A DNA stretch of 64,000 nucleotides from an uncultured Syntrophaceae bacterium (GTDB lineage: Bacteria; Desulfobacterota; BSN033; UBA1163), in assembly GCA_964517975.1 (NCBI GenBank), contig CAZFDM010000126.1, positions 1,818-65,817 on the forward strand, given 5' to 3'. The notes below the pieces were generated by a model. The model was not told where the DNA came from and ran no database searches. It saw nothing but the letters and a program-made list of their open reading frames with translations. Positions 36,985-47,298 of this stretch are shown here, in pieces; within the stretch, counting starts at the first letter, position 1; each line of letters opens with the position of its first letter. The translations under genes and the position numbers were made by a program.

Positions 36985-38460
36985 TTATAAAAAATATTTT
37001 GTGATATCGATATGATAGTAATAGGGATCCAACGTCTTAACGATGCTTCTTTTAAAATGGCCTCCGTCCATTTCAGTTAGGTCGACCACCTCTTTCCTAA
37101 TCTCCCTCTTTTCATTTTGGTCAATGATAATGACTTTTGGCCGATCTGCCCAACGGGGGTCAGGATGGGGTTTATAGACGATTCCAAGTTCATGCGTGTT
37201 GAGAAGAACCAGTGAGCCAATGGGATAGACGCCTACGACTCCAATAAAGATCTTGAGAAGGAGTGGATCGAAGTGAACCCCCCTTTCTTTCATCATAATG
37301 GCCAGGGCTTGTTCTGGTGTATAGGGGATTTTCTTATAAATCCGGGGGGTGGTCATGGCATCGTAGGAATCCGCTATTTGGATGATCCTGCCAAAAAGGC
37401 TCACCCTTTTTTTCCGGAAGAGTTTAGGATACCCGGAAAGGTTGCTTTTGAGATGATGATCGAAGACCCCAATCACCATTCTCGGATTGATCTCGCCCAA
37501 CTGCTTCAAGTTGAGAATGGCCTCTACTCCCATGAGAGGATGTTTTTTCATTAACCCCCATTCCTCTTCGTCAAGGGCAGCCGGTTTGTTTAACAGCTCC
37601 CTCGGGATTTTCGATTTCCCAATATCATGCAGGAGTGCAGTAATCCCCAATTCGGTCAGCATCCCTCGAGAGAATCCCAATCGTTTTCCAATGGTGAGGG
37701 AATAGATGGAGACATTCACCGAGTGATTAAAGGTATATTCATCGTAGTTCTTAATGCTCGCCATTCCAAGAAGGATCGATTCATCCTCGATCACCAATTG
37801 GACCGCTTTTTGAGCCAGTCGTTTTAACCTTCTCACATCAGCGGACTGTTTCCCCTGAATGTTTCGGATCACTTCTTTGACCGTACCGATTGTTTCAAAG
37901 AAGACCTTTTGGGCCACCTCCCGGAAGTCCTCTCTGCGGGTAAGAACCATTCCATCCTCTGCCTCAAAGACCTCCAGAGGGTTTACCTCAATGATGGAAA
38001 TGCCCCGACTGGATAACTCCTCGTTAAGGAGAGTTGCATTTTCCTCGCGGCCCTCTTCTAAGTTCATCAAGGCGTATACAAATTCCCTGAGGATTCTTTC
38101 ATCGGCCCTCCCTTTAAAAACTACTTCCCCAATCAACCTCTTTTTCCACTGGGTCAGAAGATATTTGAAACTGGTAAATCCCTCCACAGAATACCTTAGC
38201 CGTTGATCGTTGAGGAAAATATCATCCTTCAAGATTTTGAGTGAGAAGCTTCCCTCTTTTTGAATGACCGAATTAATCGTCTCAAGCGACTCTTTAATAA
38301 ACTGGCTGAGGGCAACATTTTTCGAATCATAAATCTGGGAGATTTTCATCAAGACATGGAATTTTGTAACCAGGTTATTCCCCAGTCGGGAGAGATCAGC
38401 ATCCATGCCCTCTCCAGGTTTGATCATCCTCTTTGAAGTTTGTAGCGCCAACTCATCCAT
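36985..38460 (-). CDS. HD-GYP domain c-di-GMP phosphodiesterase-like protein
   Basis: HDIGK and HH..SGYP motifs in C-terminal half; N-terminal sensory region. Confidence 0.75.
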   Translation of the reverse strand: MDELALQTSKRMIKPGEGMDADLSRLGNNLVTKFHVLMKISQIYDSKNVALSQFIKESLETINSVIQKEGSFSLKILKDDIFLNDQRLRYSVEGFTSFKYLLTQWKKRLIGEVVFKGRADERILREFVYALMNLEEGREENATLLNEELSSRGISIIEVNPLEVFEAEDGMVLTRREDFREVAQKVFFETIGTVKEVIRNIQGKQSADVRRLKRLAQKAVQLVIEDESILLGMASIKNYDEYTFNHSVNVSIYSLTIGKRLGFSRGMLTELGITALLHDIGKSKIPRELLNKPAALDEEEWGLMKKHPLMGVEAILNLKQLGEINPRMVIGVFDHHLKSNLSGYPKLFRKKRVSLFGRIIQIADSYDAMTTPRIYKKIPYTPEQALAIMMKERGVHFDPLLLKIFIGVVGVYPIGSLVLLNTHELGIVYKPHPDPRWADRPKVIIIDQNEKREIRKEVVDLTEMDGGHFKRSIVKTLDPYYYHIDITKYFL

Positions 38461-38475
38461 TCTCTCAACCCTCTC

Positions 38476-40152
38476 TTAATGGAAGGATTGTTCAACTGAC
38501 CTTTTATTAGCCTCGATCATTTTCAATGCGTTGGAGGCACAGAGACGCATCTCATTCCACTTTTCTCTCTGGAACCATCTTCGTTTCTTCGAGATTTTCT
38601 TCAAGGTAGGGACAATCTCCTCAGACCCTGTCTCTGCCAAGGCCTTGAAAAAAGAGGCCTTTTCTTCATAATCCCTTTTATAAAAATCTTCGGACAGAAT
38701 AATCTCCATCAGGGGTTTGGTTGCTCCTTGTTTGGCGGTTTTGGCAAAAAGGATAGAGGCCTTTGCTCTGATCTCGGGAGAGGGATCCTTCAATAGTTTA
38801 TAGAGGAGATCTTTTCCCTTATTTCCAAATTTATTTAGAACTTGGAGTAATTCTTCCCTGACCTTTTGATCGTTGTGGTCCGTGAGGCCTTCCAGATATT
38901 TTAACGTGGAAGGATGTTTTATCCTTCCGAGGACGTAAAGGAGGTGACTCACCAGAAACGAGTTTGGGTCCTTTAAATACTTGGTTAAGGGCTGGATCTC
39001 TTCCCGGCAAAGTTCCACCAAAACATCGCAGATGGCCTTCCTCCACTTCCCGGACTCTAACTCCCCAAGGAGTAAACAGAGGGGATCAATGGCCTGTTTT
39101 GTCAGAAAGGAGAGGTATTGGAGAATCGAATCTTGATTTCGCTCTCCATTGGTTTTCATGGCTTTGCCTAAAAGTTCAACCGATTGGGGGCTCGATGATG
39201 CATCAAGAATCCGGAGGATGGCAAAGATCTGTTTATCTTTCAACGCCATCGATTCCATCGTTTCATTGAGATTTCTTAAAATGGTTACCACCTTCTCAAT
39301 CTCCTTCTGCTCGAGCAGGGAGTGGATGAGACGTTCGAAGTAAGAGATCATATTCTCATAGGCATCCACATCCTCACCGAGATGGAGAAGGATTTCAATG
39401 AGATTATTGATTAAGAAAAAAAGATATTCAGGCGTTTGCTCCTGCTCTACTTCTTGCCGGAGCCTCTCCATTTCATCTGGAGTGAGTTGGCACGCTTGAG
39501 CAAGGGATTGTCCTAAAGAAGGGTTGATCAACTGTTTGAGTCCCTCCTCCTCCCTTAATTCCTGTCTGGCCTCCTTCTCGAAAATCCCCTCCCCTAATCC
39601 TCCATCCGGAAACCCTTTAAACTCTGAGCCGTTGACCAGATCCTCCCAGGTTGCGGGAACAAAGATACCACTCCCTCCCAAAAAATCGTCCACCGTAGTA
39701 AAGGAGATGTGAGAAAAATCTTTCTCCCAAAGAAGAGTAACCAGGTCATCCTCCATCCGATTCACATGTTCTCCCTTCCTCACCACATTGAGGAAATCAA
39801 GAATTTCTCTAAACTCCAGTCCTTTTGTAAACTGGATTTCCCGAATTCCGTCTTTAAAGAATAGGAAGGATAGGCTCTCCTTTAGATCCTGACTTTCATA
39901 AACCACTTTCCCTTGATAGAAAAGTTGATGTTCCCCAATCTGAAGACTGAATGAATCAAATTCATGGAAGTAGTGCTCGAAGTCCTTCCTCAGGCGCTCC
40001 AAGAATTTCGAAAGGATAGGATGTCCTGTTTCATAAAGTCGAAAAGCCTTGACCGTTTGGAGAAAACTCTGAATCAACGCCCGGGTGGACTTCACTCCTT
40101 CTTCAAGGATCTTTTCGTCAAACATATCTACCTTTTCCTCTGACTTCCTCAC
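38476..40152 (-). CDS. HEAT/PBS-lyase repeat protein
   Basis: C-terminal repeated (DP.P.VR..A...L) HEAT-like units; 558 aa; first gene of signalling operon. Confidence 0.55.
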   Translation of the reverse strand: MRKSEEKVDMFDEKILEEGVKSTRALIQSFLQTVKAFRLYETGHPILSKFLERLRKDFEHYFHEFDSFSLQIGEHQLFYQGKVVYESQDLKESLSFLFFKDGIREIQFTKGLEFREILDFLNVVRKGEHVNRMEDDLVTLLWEKDFSHISFTTVDDFLGGSGIFVPATWEDLVNGSEFKGFPDGGLGEGIFEKEARQELREEEGLKQLINPSLGQSLAQACQLTPDEMERLRQEVEQEQTPEYLFFLINNLIEILLHLGEDVDAYENMISYFERLIHSLLEQKEIEKVVTILRNLNETMESMALKDKQIFAILRILDASSSPQSVELLGKAMKTNGERNQDSILQYLSFLTKQAIDPLCLLLGELESGKWRKAICDVLVELCREEIQPLTKYLKDPNSFLVSHLLYVLGRIKHPSTLKYLEGLTDHNDQKVREELLQVLNKFGNKGKDLLYKLLKDPSPEIRAKASILFAKTAKQGATKPLMEIILSEDFYKRDYEEKASFFKALAETGSEEIVPTLKKISKKRRWFQREKWNEMRLCASNALKMIEANKRSVEQSFH

Positions 40153-40169
40153 CAGTTAAAACTCCTCTT

Positions 40170-40358
40170 TTAGTTGTTTGAACTCTCACCTTTCAGGAAT
40201 CGATCCAATTCTGATTTTAGAACCTTCCAACCCCTTCCTGCTTTGGCCCCTTTGATTCTTCCCTCATAGAGATACTTTAAATAGGTTGGTCTTGAAATTC
40301 TTAGGTATTGACAGGCTTCCTGGGTTGTCATCACCATGTCTTCTCTCTCATTTATCAT
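40170..40358 (-). CDS. excisionase-family (HTH_17) DNA-binding protein
   Basis: MTTQEACQYLRISRPTYLKYLYEGRIKGAKAGRGW matches Xis/AlpA-type HTH. Confidence 0.5.
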   Translation of the reverse strand: MINEREDMVMTTQEACQYLRISRPTYLKYLYEGRIKGAKAGRGWKVLKSELDRFLKGESSNN

Positions 40359-40471
40359 CGTTTTCCACCTTTTGTATCAGGTTTTACAGAGATTGATAGC
40401 ATTTTCTATACCAAATGGGCAAAGATTATTTAACCTGTTAATTTAATTAAAAATTTTCATTAGGATCCACA

Positions 40472-40536
40472 TGGTATAATAAAAAATAATGACAATTTTT
40501 GTCCCTATATAGATAAGAATATCATGGTGATATAAT
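40472..40536 (+). promoter_or_regulatory. two extended -10 promoter elements (TGnTATAAT) upstream of nth
   Basis: tggtataat at 40472..40480 and tgatataat at 40528..40536 in AT-rich intergenic region. Confidence 0.3.
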
Positions 40537-40588
40537 AGTTTTTCAGTTAAAATGAGGGTTAATCCAATAAGGTTGCTTGGAGGAGAGG

Positions 40589-41239
40589 ATGAAAAGACCA
40601 TCAAACCCAAAAAGGGTAAAAGAGATCATCAAACTTCTATCAAAGGAGATCCCCGATTCAAGAATTGCACTAAGATTCTCCAATCCCCTTGAACTTCTCG
40701 TTGCTACCATTCTCTCGGCTCAATGTACCGATGTCAAAGTCAATCAGGTTACTCAAACTCTCTTCAAAAAATACAAAAATGCAAAGGACTACTTAAATGT
40801 AAACATAAAAGAATTAGAAGAGGATATTCGTCCAACCGGGTTTTACCGAAATAAAGCGAAAGCGATTCAAAAGTGTTGTCAAGAATTGGTGTCACGATTT
40901 GGAGGAGAAGTCCCAAAAACCATGGAAGAGTTAGTGACCCTACCTGGGGTTGGACGAAAAACTGCCAATGTGATCCTTGGAAATGCCTTTGGAATCCCTG
41001 GGATTGCAGTCGATACTCATGTGCATCGGGTAAGTCAGAGGATCGGTTTGACCAAGAAAGATGATCCAATGAAGATCGAATTTGATCTCATGGAGATCGT
41101 TCCGAAGGAAGAATGGACCCATTTTTCAAACCTTCTTATCTGGCATGGAAGGAAAACTTGCATTGCTCGGAAGCCTCTTTGCGAGAAATGTTCCATTAAA
41201 AAATTTTGTGATTATGGATCCGATCAGGGAAGGACATAA
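40589..41239 (+). CDS. nth: endonuclease III
   Basis: HhH-GPD (LPGVGRKTANVIL), catalytic K/D, C-terminal C-x6-C-x2-C-x5-C 4Fe-4S loop; ATG 40589 after GGAGGAG (track starts at TTG 40577). Confidence 0.9.
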   Translation: MKRPSNPKRVKEIIKLLSKEIPDSRIALRFSNPLELLVATILSAQCTDVKVNQVTQTLFKKYKNAKDYLNVNIKELEEDIRPTGFYRNKAKAIQKCCQELVSRFGGEVPKTMEELVTLPGVGRKTANVILGNAFGIPGIAVDTHVHRVSQRIGLTKKDDPMKIEFDLMEIVPKEEWTHFSNLLIWHGRKTCIARKPLCEKCSIKKFCDYGSDQGRT

Positions 41240-41298
41240 TTATTTTCAAACCATAAAAAATATGATAAGAAGGTCTATCATCCTGAGGGCTTTAATCA

Positions 41299-42633
41299 TT
41301 GAGTCATTTTTCTGATAGTTACTGTAAAAAAACACCCCTTTCGGAAAGTCTCTTTAGAAGGGCAAAGAGAGTCATGCCAGGTGGCGTCTCCCACAACATT
41401 CATTACTTTCCTCCCTATCCTTTTTTTATCAAAACGGGTGAGGGTTCAAAAATTTGGGATGTCGATGGGAATGAGTATATTGACCTCTGGATGGGCCATT
41501 ATACGCATATTTTGGGCCACCACCCAAAGATCATCATTGAGGCAATAGAAAAACAGTTGAGAGATGGAATCCATTGGGGGATCCTCTTTGAAAGGCAGGT
41601 GGAGTGGGCAGAGTTGATTTGTGAGTTGGTTCCCTCTGCAGAATTGGTAAGATTCTGTTGCTCTGGCACGGAGGCCACCATGTATGCAGTTCGTGTGGCA
41701 AGGGCCTTCACAGGGAAGAAAACCATTCTAAAGATCGCAGGGGGATGGCATGGGGGAAATTCGGATCTCACAGTAGGGATTAAAATGCCATATGAAAAGG
41801 AGGAAAGCCTTGGTCTTCTGCCGGGATGTCAAACCTATACGAAGGTGATTCCATTTAATGACCTTAATGGTTCACTGGAAATCATTGAGCAAACCCGGAA
41901 TGATTTGGCCGGAATCATCCTTGAACCCATAGTAGGCGAGGGTGGATTTTCGCCTGCGATGCCTGACTATCTCCATATGCTTCGGCGAGAGACACAGAAG
42001 CTCGGTGCCCTTTTGATCTTCGATGAAGTGATCTCAGGTTTCAGGGTGGCCTTAGGAGGGGCTCAGGAGAGATTGGGTGTTGTCCCTGACCTCACCACTC
42101 TTGGAAAGATTGCAGGAGGAGGATTTCCGGTGGGGGCTCTGGTAGGGAGGAGAGAGATATTGGAAAAGACTTCACCCGAAAGAAAGTGCAATAAATGGGA
42201 GAGAATTCTAATCGGTGGGGGAACCTTTTCGGCTCATCCTTTTACGGTTTCAGCAGGGCTTGCCATGCTAAGATTTCTGAAAGACCATTCCAAAGAAGTT
42301 TATCCTTCTCTGGAGACTAAAGGAGAGAAATTGAGGAAAGGGCTCCAAAAGGCTTTTGCTGAGGAATCTTTGAAGGCTACGGTCACTGGGACCGGATCCC
42401 TTTATCAAGTCCATTTCCCTTTCAACAAAGACGTTCTCTTCAACTCCCCTCATGCCATCCATCAGTTTACAGATTTAGAAAAGAGGGAAGTGGAATTCAG
42501 AATCAGGATGTTGGCAAAGGGAGTCCATGTCATGCATGGAGGAGGTAGCCTTTCAACCGCTCACTCGGAAGAAGACATCGAAAGGATCTTCCAGGCGACA
42601 AAAGAGGTGGCAAAAGAGATGGCTCAGTCATAA
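41299..42633 (+). CDS. class-III aminotransferase, glutamate-1-semialdehyde 2,1-aminomutase-like
   Basis: PGGV..., WDVDGNEYID, DEVISGFRV (PLP-lysine region) colinear with HemL family but diverged. Confidence 0.7.
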   Translation: MSHFSDSYCKKTPLSESLFRRAKRVMPGGVSHNIHYFPPYPFFIKTGEGSKIWDVDGNEYIDLWMGHYTHILGHHPKIIIEAIEKQLRDGIHWGILFERQVEWAELICELVPSAELVRFCCSGTEATMYAVRVARAFTGKKTILKIAGGWHGGNSDLTVGIKMPYEKEESLGLLPGCQTYTKVIPFNDLNGSLEIIEQTRNDLAGIILEPIVGEGGFSPAMPDYLHMLRRETQKLGALLIFDEVISGFRVALGGAQERLGVVPDLTTLGKIAGGGFPVGALVGRREILEKTSPERKCNKWERILIGGGTFSAHPFTVSAGLAMLRFLKDHSKEVYPSLETKGEKLRKGLQKAFAEESLKATVTGTGSLYQVHFPFNKDVLFNSPHAIHQFTDLEKREVEFRIRMLAKGVHVMHGGGSLSTAHSEEDIERIFQATKEVAKEMAQS

Positions 42634-42713
42634 GGGTGGATTGGGAAATTCGAGTGTCGAATTTAATCCGCAATCCACAATCCAAAATCCGCAATTCATT
42701 AAGGAGGTGCCTT

Positions 42714-43436
42714 ATGAAACAATGGGGGATGATTTTATTAGGAGGAACATTTTTTTTCACATTGCTGTTAGGAGGTTTGGCTATGGCAAAGGAGACCGAA
42801 AAGATTGGGGTTATTGTCGTGGATATCCAGGGGGACTTCACGAAATTTAAGAATGGCTCTTTGGCGGTAGAAGGAACAGATGAAGTCTATATTAAAGCCG
42901 TTGAAGAAAATACGAAAAAACTTAAGTCAGCAGGTTACCCCATTTATGCAACCCAGGATTGGCATCCTAAAAACCATGCCTCCTTCTTCACCAACCATCC
43001 TGGGAAGAAGGCTTTCGATGTGATTAAACTCCATGGGAAGGATCAGGTGCTTTGGCCTCCCCACTGCGTTCAGAAGACTCCTGGTGCGGAAATCCTTCTG
43101 GATAAAAAATTATTCAAGGCTGTCGTAAAAAAAGGAATGGATCCACAATATGACAGCTATTCTGGCTTTCAGGACGATGGTGGAAAGAAAACCGAAATGG
43201 ACAGAATTTTAAAGAAGGATAAAATCAAGAAGGTTGTGGTTTATGGCATCGCAACGGATTATTGTGTCAGGGCAACGGCTCTTGATGCGGTAGCATCGGG
43301 ATATAAAGTCATCATGATTAAGAATTTAAGCCGTGGGGTGGCTCCAGATACTTCACAAAAGGCCATCGATGAGATGAAAGCCAAAGGGGTTTTAATCCTC
43401 GATGATCTAGACCTTGAAAAGATCAAAACCAATTGA
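42714..43436 (+). CDS. exported nicotinamidase/isochorismatase-family hydrolase
   Basis: VVDIQGDF, QDWHP, catalytic ATDYCV motif; ATG 42714 with AAGGAGG RBS and signal/TM (track starts 42636). Confidence 0.75.
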   Translation: MKQWGMILLGGTFFFTLLLGGLAMAKETEKIGVIVVDIQGDFTKFKNGSLAVEGTDEVYIKAVEENTKKLKSAGYPIYATQDWHPKNHASFFTNHPGKKAFDVIKLHGKDQVLWPPHCVQKTPGAEILLDKKLFKAVVKKGMDPQYDSYSGFQDDGGKKTEMDRILKKDKIKKVVVYGIATDYCVRATALDAVASGYKVIMIKNLSRGVAPDTSQKAIDEMKAKGVLILDDLDLEKIKTN

Positions 43437-43500
43437 TTCTCAGAACATCCTCTAAAAATAAGGGTGGCACTGTTTGGGGGTCATAATTCGTAGAATCTTA

Positions 43501-43588
43501 GGGTCAGGCAACGGAAACACGGTATTTTCTTTTCCATCCTTTGAGCACATTCTCTTTCACTTAATACTGAATTACCGTTGCCTGACCC
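43501..43588. repeat. 88-nt element closed by perfect 14-bp GC-rich inverted repeat (candidate sRNA/bidirectional terminator)
   Basis: gggtcaggcaacgg (43501..43514) pairs ccgttgcctgaccc (43575..43588); between convergent gene ends. Confidence 0.45.
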
Positions 43589-43647
43589 CATTCATTACCT
43601 TCCGGAGACTGGACCCTCACCTGGGCGGGTATCTATTAAATAATCCC

Positions 43648-46600
43648 TTATTTCTTTTTTAATAGGTCTAATAATTTTTCGATTTGATATTCGGATTGTT
43701 CCTGGGCTTTCTGCCATGTTTGAATCATGGAGTAACATCTTTCTAACTCTTTCACAACCGCATGGATAGGGCGGAGCGGATCGGAGCCGATAATCAATGC
43801 CGCCACCATCATCAGCCACCAGAGTATCTCCTCGAAGGCTTCTTTGTTGAACCACCAAATACCCTTGTAATGGTTGACGCTTAAGAATTGTCGAACATCA
43901 TCATTATTGAACAAAGATTCTAAGACCATATAGGCTTGATTTTGATCAGATGGTTTTTCCTCAAACCAATTTTGATGGCTCGTGAGCAATTTGATGATTG
44001 TCAAGGAATTCCGTGAAGCGACCTCATCAAGCCCCCAATCCCTTAGCGCAGATAGGAGGGTTTTTCCTAACCCCCATTCATCAATCCAATTGCGGCTTTT
44101 TCCTGCGAAGTCCTTTGGATGAGCCACCTTGCCAAGGGCATGAACAAATAACCAACCCAACAGCGTCGTCCAGAGAAAGGGTGAATCGGTCAGTTTGTTA
44201 TGCAAGTATTCTGCTGCTTCCTTAACCCCTTTGGGTTGGAGTCGTGGATAACGGCTGGTGATGATGGGTAGGTAAAGGATGGCTTCAAGTTTCTGCCTTA
44301 CTTCTCGGGCAATCGCCACTTCATCTTCTCCTCCTCCACTAAACTGTTTTACTTCTCTTAGGAGGTTAACGACCTTCTTTTCTACCTCTTCTATGAGGAG
44401 TTGATCGAGCTGGGCCTGTGGTTGGGTAATGCGTGCCTCGATTAAGCGACGGAAGAGGTCTTTATTGACCAGTTCCTTCAAAGCCTTCTGGAGAGGTTGC
44501 AAAAGCATTTCCTTAAATGCATCTTCAATACTCGGTACTCCACGGCCATTGAGTGTCTTTTCTATTTGAGCATAGTGATTCCATTGGTTATCCCGAACCT
44601 CTCTAAAGTCGAGAAAGACGTGATACTTGTAGGCCCCCAATTCTACATATAGTCCTTTCTCATAGAGTTCCTTGCTATTGCGAATGTACTCAAGACCACT
44701 TACATGGTCTCTGAACATGCAAAAGTAAGTGGGATCATTATGCAACCCAAGACCCTCTCCTAAATTTTTTTGAATCAATGAAGGCTCCTCCCCCCCATGC
44801 ATCTTCACCGAATAGGCCACAGAGGATCTTATCCATCCATGAGCAAAATCATATTTATTGTGATAGATGACCAAGGCTCGTTCATCTCCAAACCGATTGG
44901 AGAAGGCAAACACATTCTCATTGACAAAACCTTCAGGGGTGAAAAAATCGTAGAGCAAAAAATTTTTAACATCTGAAAAAAGGTGACGGCGCTTCATCAG
45001 CGGGAAAATCTCTCTCTCGTGGCGGTCGATCAATTCCTGGTCGGGCTGTTCATCCCATTTGGCAAAACGGTATTCCATTCCATATTTTTCTGTGAACCCT
45101 TCGATCTGACCATGGCCAAACATGGGAAGTCCAGGCAGGGTCACCATCATGGTGCAGACCCCAAAATACTTATCTCCCCTGCCGAACTGGGTCATGGCCG
45201 TTTCCTCATCCGGGTTACTCATAAAATTGACGAACCGCTTGAGGACTTCTGGATTGAATTCAAGAGTGTTCTTCATAACCGAACGATAGTTGGCGTTTTC
45301 CTCATCTTTCAACATATTCATAAAAGCACTATTATAGACACGGTGCATTCCCAAGGTCCGGACAAAAAATCCCTCTAATAGCCAAAAGGCCTCCGCTAGC
45401 AATAAGGTGTCTGGAGCTTCTTGGGCGACCCGGTCCACTACCTGACGCCAAAATTCTTCGGGCATATGGCGATTAAATTCTTCTTTCGTCATCCCAAATT
45501 CTGCTCGGGATGGAATGGCACCGCCTGTTCCTGGTTCCGGAAACCAGAGACGCTGAAAATGCCTCCTGGTCAGGGTCATCGCTGCGTCAAAACGGATGAT
45601 TGGAAATTTTCGAGCCACATGGAGAATGGTTCGAATCACCGCCTCACGGACTTCTTCTTTTAGGAAGTTCAATTGGGCCGTATCGTTCCAGGGCATTCGA
45701 GTCCCGTCGTTTCCATGATAGAGATATTTTTCACCTCCACTGTTGCGGTCCACGCGCTTAAAGACGACCGCTGCATCCGTTCGGTCATAATAATGGTCTT
45801 CAATATATATCCCTACCTCCCTATGCCATGAGAGGTCTGGTCCACTGAAACGATACGAGGGAAATGGGGGATGATCCAACGAAATAAACCAATCAGGATG
45901 TTCGATCACCCATCTCGAATCGATGCCCATATGATTTGGCACCATATCGCTTGCCAGACGAATCCCACGCCTCCAAGCCCGATCTTTTAAATTCTGAAAG
46001 GCCTCTTCACCTCCAAGGTCACTTGCGATCTGATAGTCGTAGAGAGAGTAGGCTGAGGCTACGACATCAGGATTTCCCATGATTTCCTTTATCTTCTTTG
46101 AGGCAAGACTTCTTTCCCACACCCCAATGAGCCATACTCCTGTGATTCCCCAACGGGCTAATAGATCCAGTTCTTCATCAGGGATCTGATCAAGCCTGTA
46201 GATCGAACGCTGATATTTTCGAGAAAGTTGATGAAGCCATACATAGACATTTTTTGCCATGAGAACCACCCTGGGCATCCATTCGAGATCGTGGCTAAAA
46301 CGCTCTGGCTCCCCTTCCATCCCGAGGTATTCATAGACCTCCACAGGGGGTCGTTCCCAAATGGCTACCCTCCGCCACTCTGCAATTTCTTCCTCTTTTA
46401 TAAAGTCAAGACTGCTGAGAAGTCTTAAAAGATAGGGTCCCAAAAGATAACCCCATCTCTCCCGGATATATTCTAACTGTCCTTTGAGGGAGTGGGGGAC
46501 AACTAAGGCAGGACTTCGAAGCATATCCACGAGATTCTGGTTTTCTGGGCCAAAGAAAGGTTGGGTGGCAAAAAACAGGTTAAGGGCAGCCATCATTGGC

Positions 46601-47157
46601 CGGTAGGATGTTTCTTCTTCTAAAAGGGTATCATCAAAGAGTTCGATAAAGGGAGAAAAGGCAGGATTAATATTGTCTAACCAAAGCATAAGCATCTCTT
46701 CCAATACGATTAAACGATGGGGAAGACCTTGGGTTTCTCCATCCAAGTAAGAATCCCTTTCTACTTCACCCCGATAAACTGCGACCGGTGGAAATTCATC
46801 TAAAAATTTTCTTAGTGTCTCATCCACACTGGATTTGCCCACCTTATCATAAAGCCAATTTAATGCTTGTTCAATCACAAGTGGATTTTTTTCACTACGA
46901 TACAAACCCACAATATAGTGAAGGATTTCGTCTATCAACCCCATGGCATTAATTTGCCCGGGCTTGACCGCTTGTTCGGGAAAGTTGATCAAATCCTTTT
47001 TTTCATTTATCTTCTGGGCAAACAGTCTTACCGCTCGGAAATTGGGAATAATGACATTTCCACTCAGTGTGAATAAGGCTTCGTCAAATTGGTAGAGGTC
47101 GCGCGCCTTGCGCGAGATATGGAATTCCATCTTCATAGAATTCACGCTATGCTCCAT
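43648..47157 (-). CDS. large GH13-like (alpha-amylase superfamily) glycoside hydrolase/glucanotransferase
   Basis: 1169 aa; GH13 regions I DMVPNHMG, II IRFDAAMT, III LLAEAFW in central part. Confidence 0.5.
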   Translation of the reverse strand: MEHSVNSMKMEFHISRKARDLYQFDEALFTLSGNVIIPNFRAVRLFAQKINEKKDLINFPEQAVKPGQINAMGLIDEILHYIVGLYRSEKNPLVIEQALNWLYDKVGKSSVDETLRKFLDEFPPVAVYRGEVERDSYLDGETQGLPHRLIVLEEMLMLWLDNINPAFSPFIELFDDTLLEEETSYRPMMAALNLFFATQPFFGPENQNLVDMLRSPALVVPHSLKGQLEYIRERWGYLLGPYLLRLLSSLDFIKEEEIAEWRRVAIWERPPVEVYEYLGMEGEPERFSHDLEWMPRVVLMAKNVYVWLHQLSRKYQRSIYRLDQIPDEELDLLARWGITGVWLIGVWERSLASKKIKEIMGNPDVVASAYSLYDYQIASDLGGEEAFQNLKDRAWRRGIRLASDMVPNHMGIDSRWVIEHPDWFISLDHPPFPSYRFSGPDLSWHREVGIYIEDHYYDRTDAAVVFKRVDRNSGGEKYLYHGNDGTRMPWNDTAQLNFLKEEVREAVIRTILHVARKFPIIRFDAAMTLTRRHFQRLWFPEPGTGGAIPSRAEFGMTKEEFNRHMPEEFWRQVVDRVAQEAPDTLLLAEAFWLLEGFFVRTLGMHRVYNSAFMNMLKDEENANYRSVMKNTLEFNPEVLKRFVNFMSNPDEETAMTQFGRGDKYFGVCTMMVTLPGLPMFGHGQIEGFTEKYGMEYRFAKWDEQPDQELIDRHEREIFPLMKRRHLFSDVKNFLLYDFFTPEGFVNENVFAFSNRFGDERALVIYHNKYDFAHGWIRSSVAYSVKMHGGEEPSLIQKNLGEGLGLHNDPTYFCMFRDHVSGLEYIRNSKELYEKGLYVELGAYKYHVFLDFREVRDNQWNHYAQIEKTLNGRGVPSIEDAFKEMLLQPLQKALKELVNKDLFRRLIEARITQPQAQLDQLLIEEVEKKVVNLLREVKQFSGGGEDEVAIAREVRQKLEAILYLPIITSRYPRLQPKGVKEAAEYLHNKLTDSPFLWTTLLGWLFVHALGKVAHPKDFAGKSRNWIDEWGLGKTLLSALRDWGLDEVASRNSLTIIKLLTSHQNWFEEKPSDQNQAYMVLESLFNNDDVRQFLSVNHYKGIWWFNKEAFEEILWWLMMVAALIIGSDPLRPIHAVVKELERCYSMIQTWQKAQEQSEYQIEKLLDLLKKK

Positions 47158-47298
47158 ACTCTATGCTTTTAGTCTCATAATATAGGCTATTCTCCTCCAG
47201 GACTCAAGAGAAATGATGGGCAACATCTTTGGACATTGACAGGAAGCATTGCAATGTGATATTTTGCAATAAAATGTCATGCAGGGGGGTGTTTGAAG

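Noticed and set aside
43474-43662. 62-aa ORF spanning the 14-bp inverted repeat
   Set aside because: No RBS and a low-complexity product. The region is better explained as a structured RNA or terminator.
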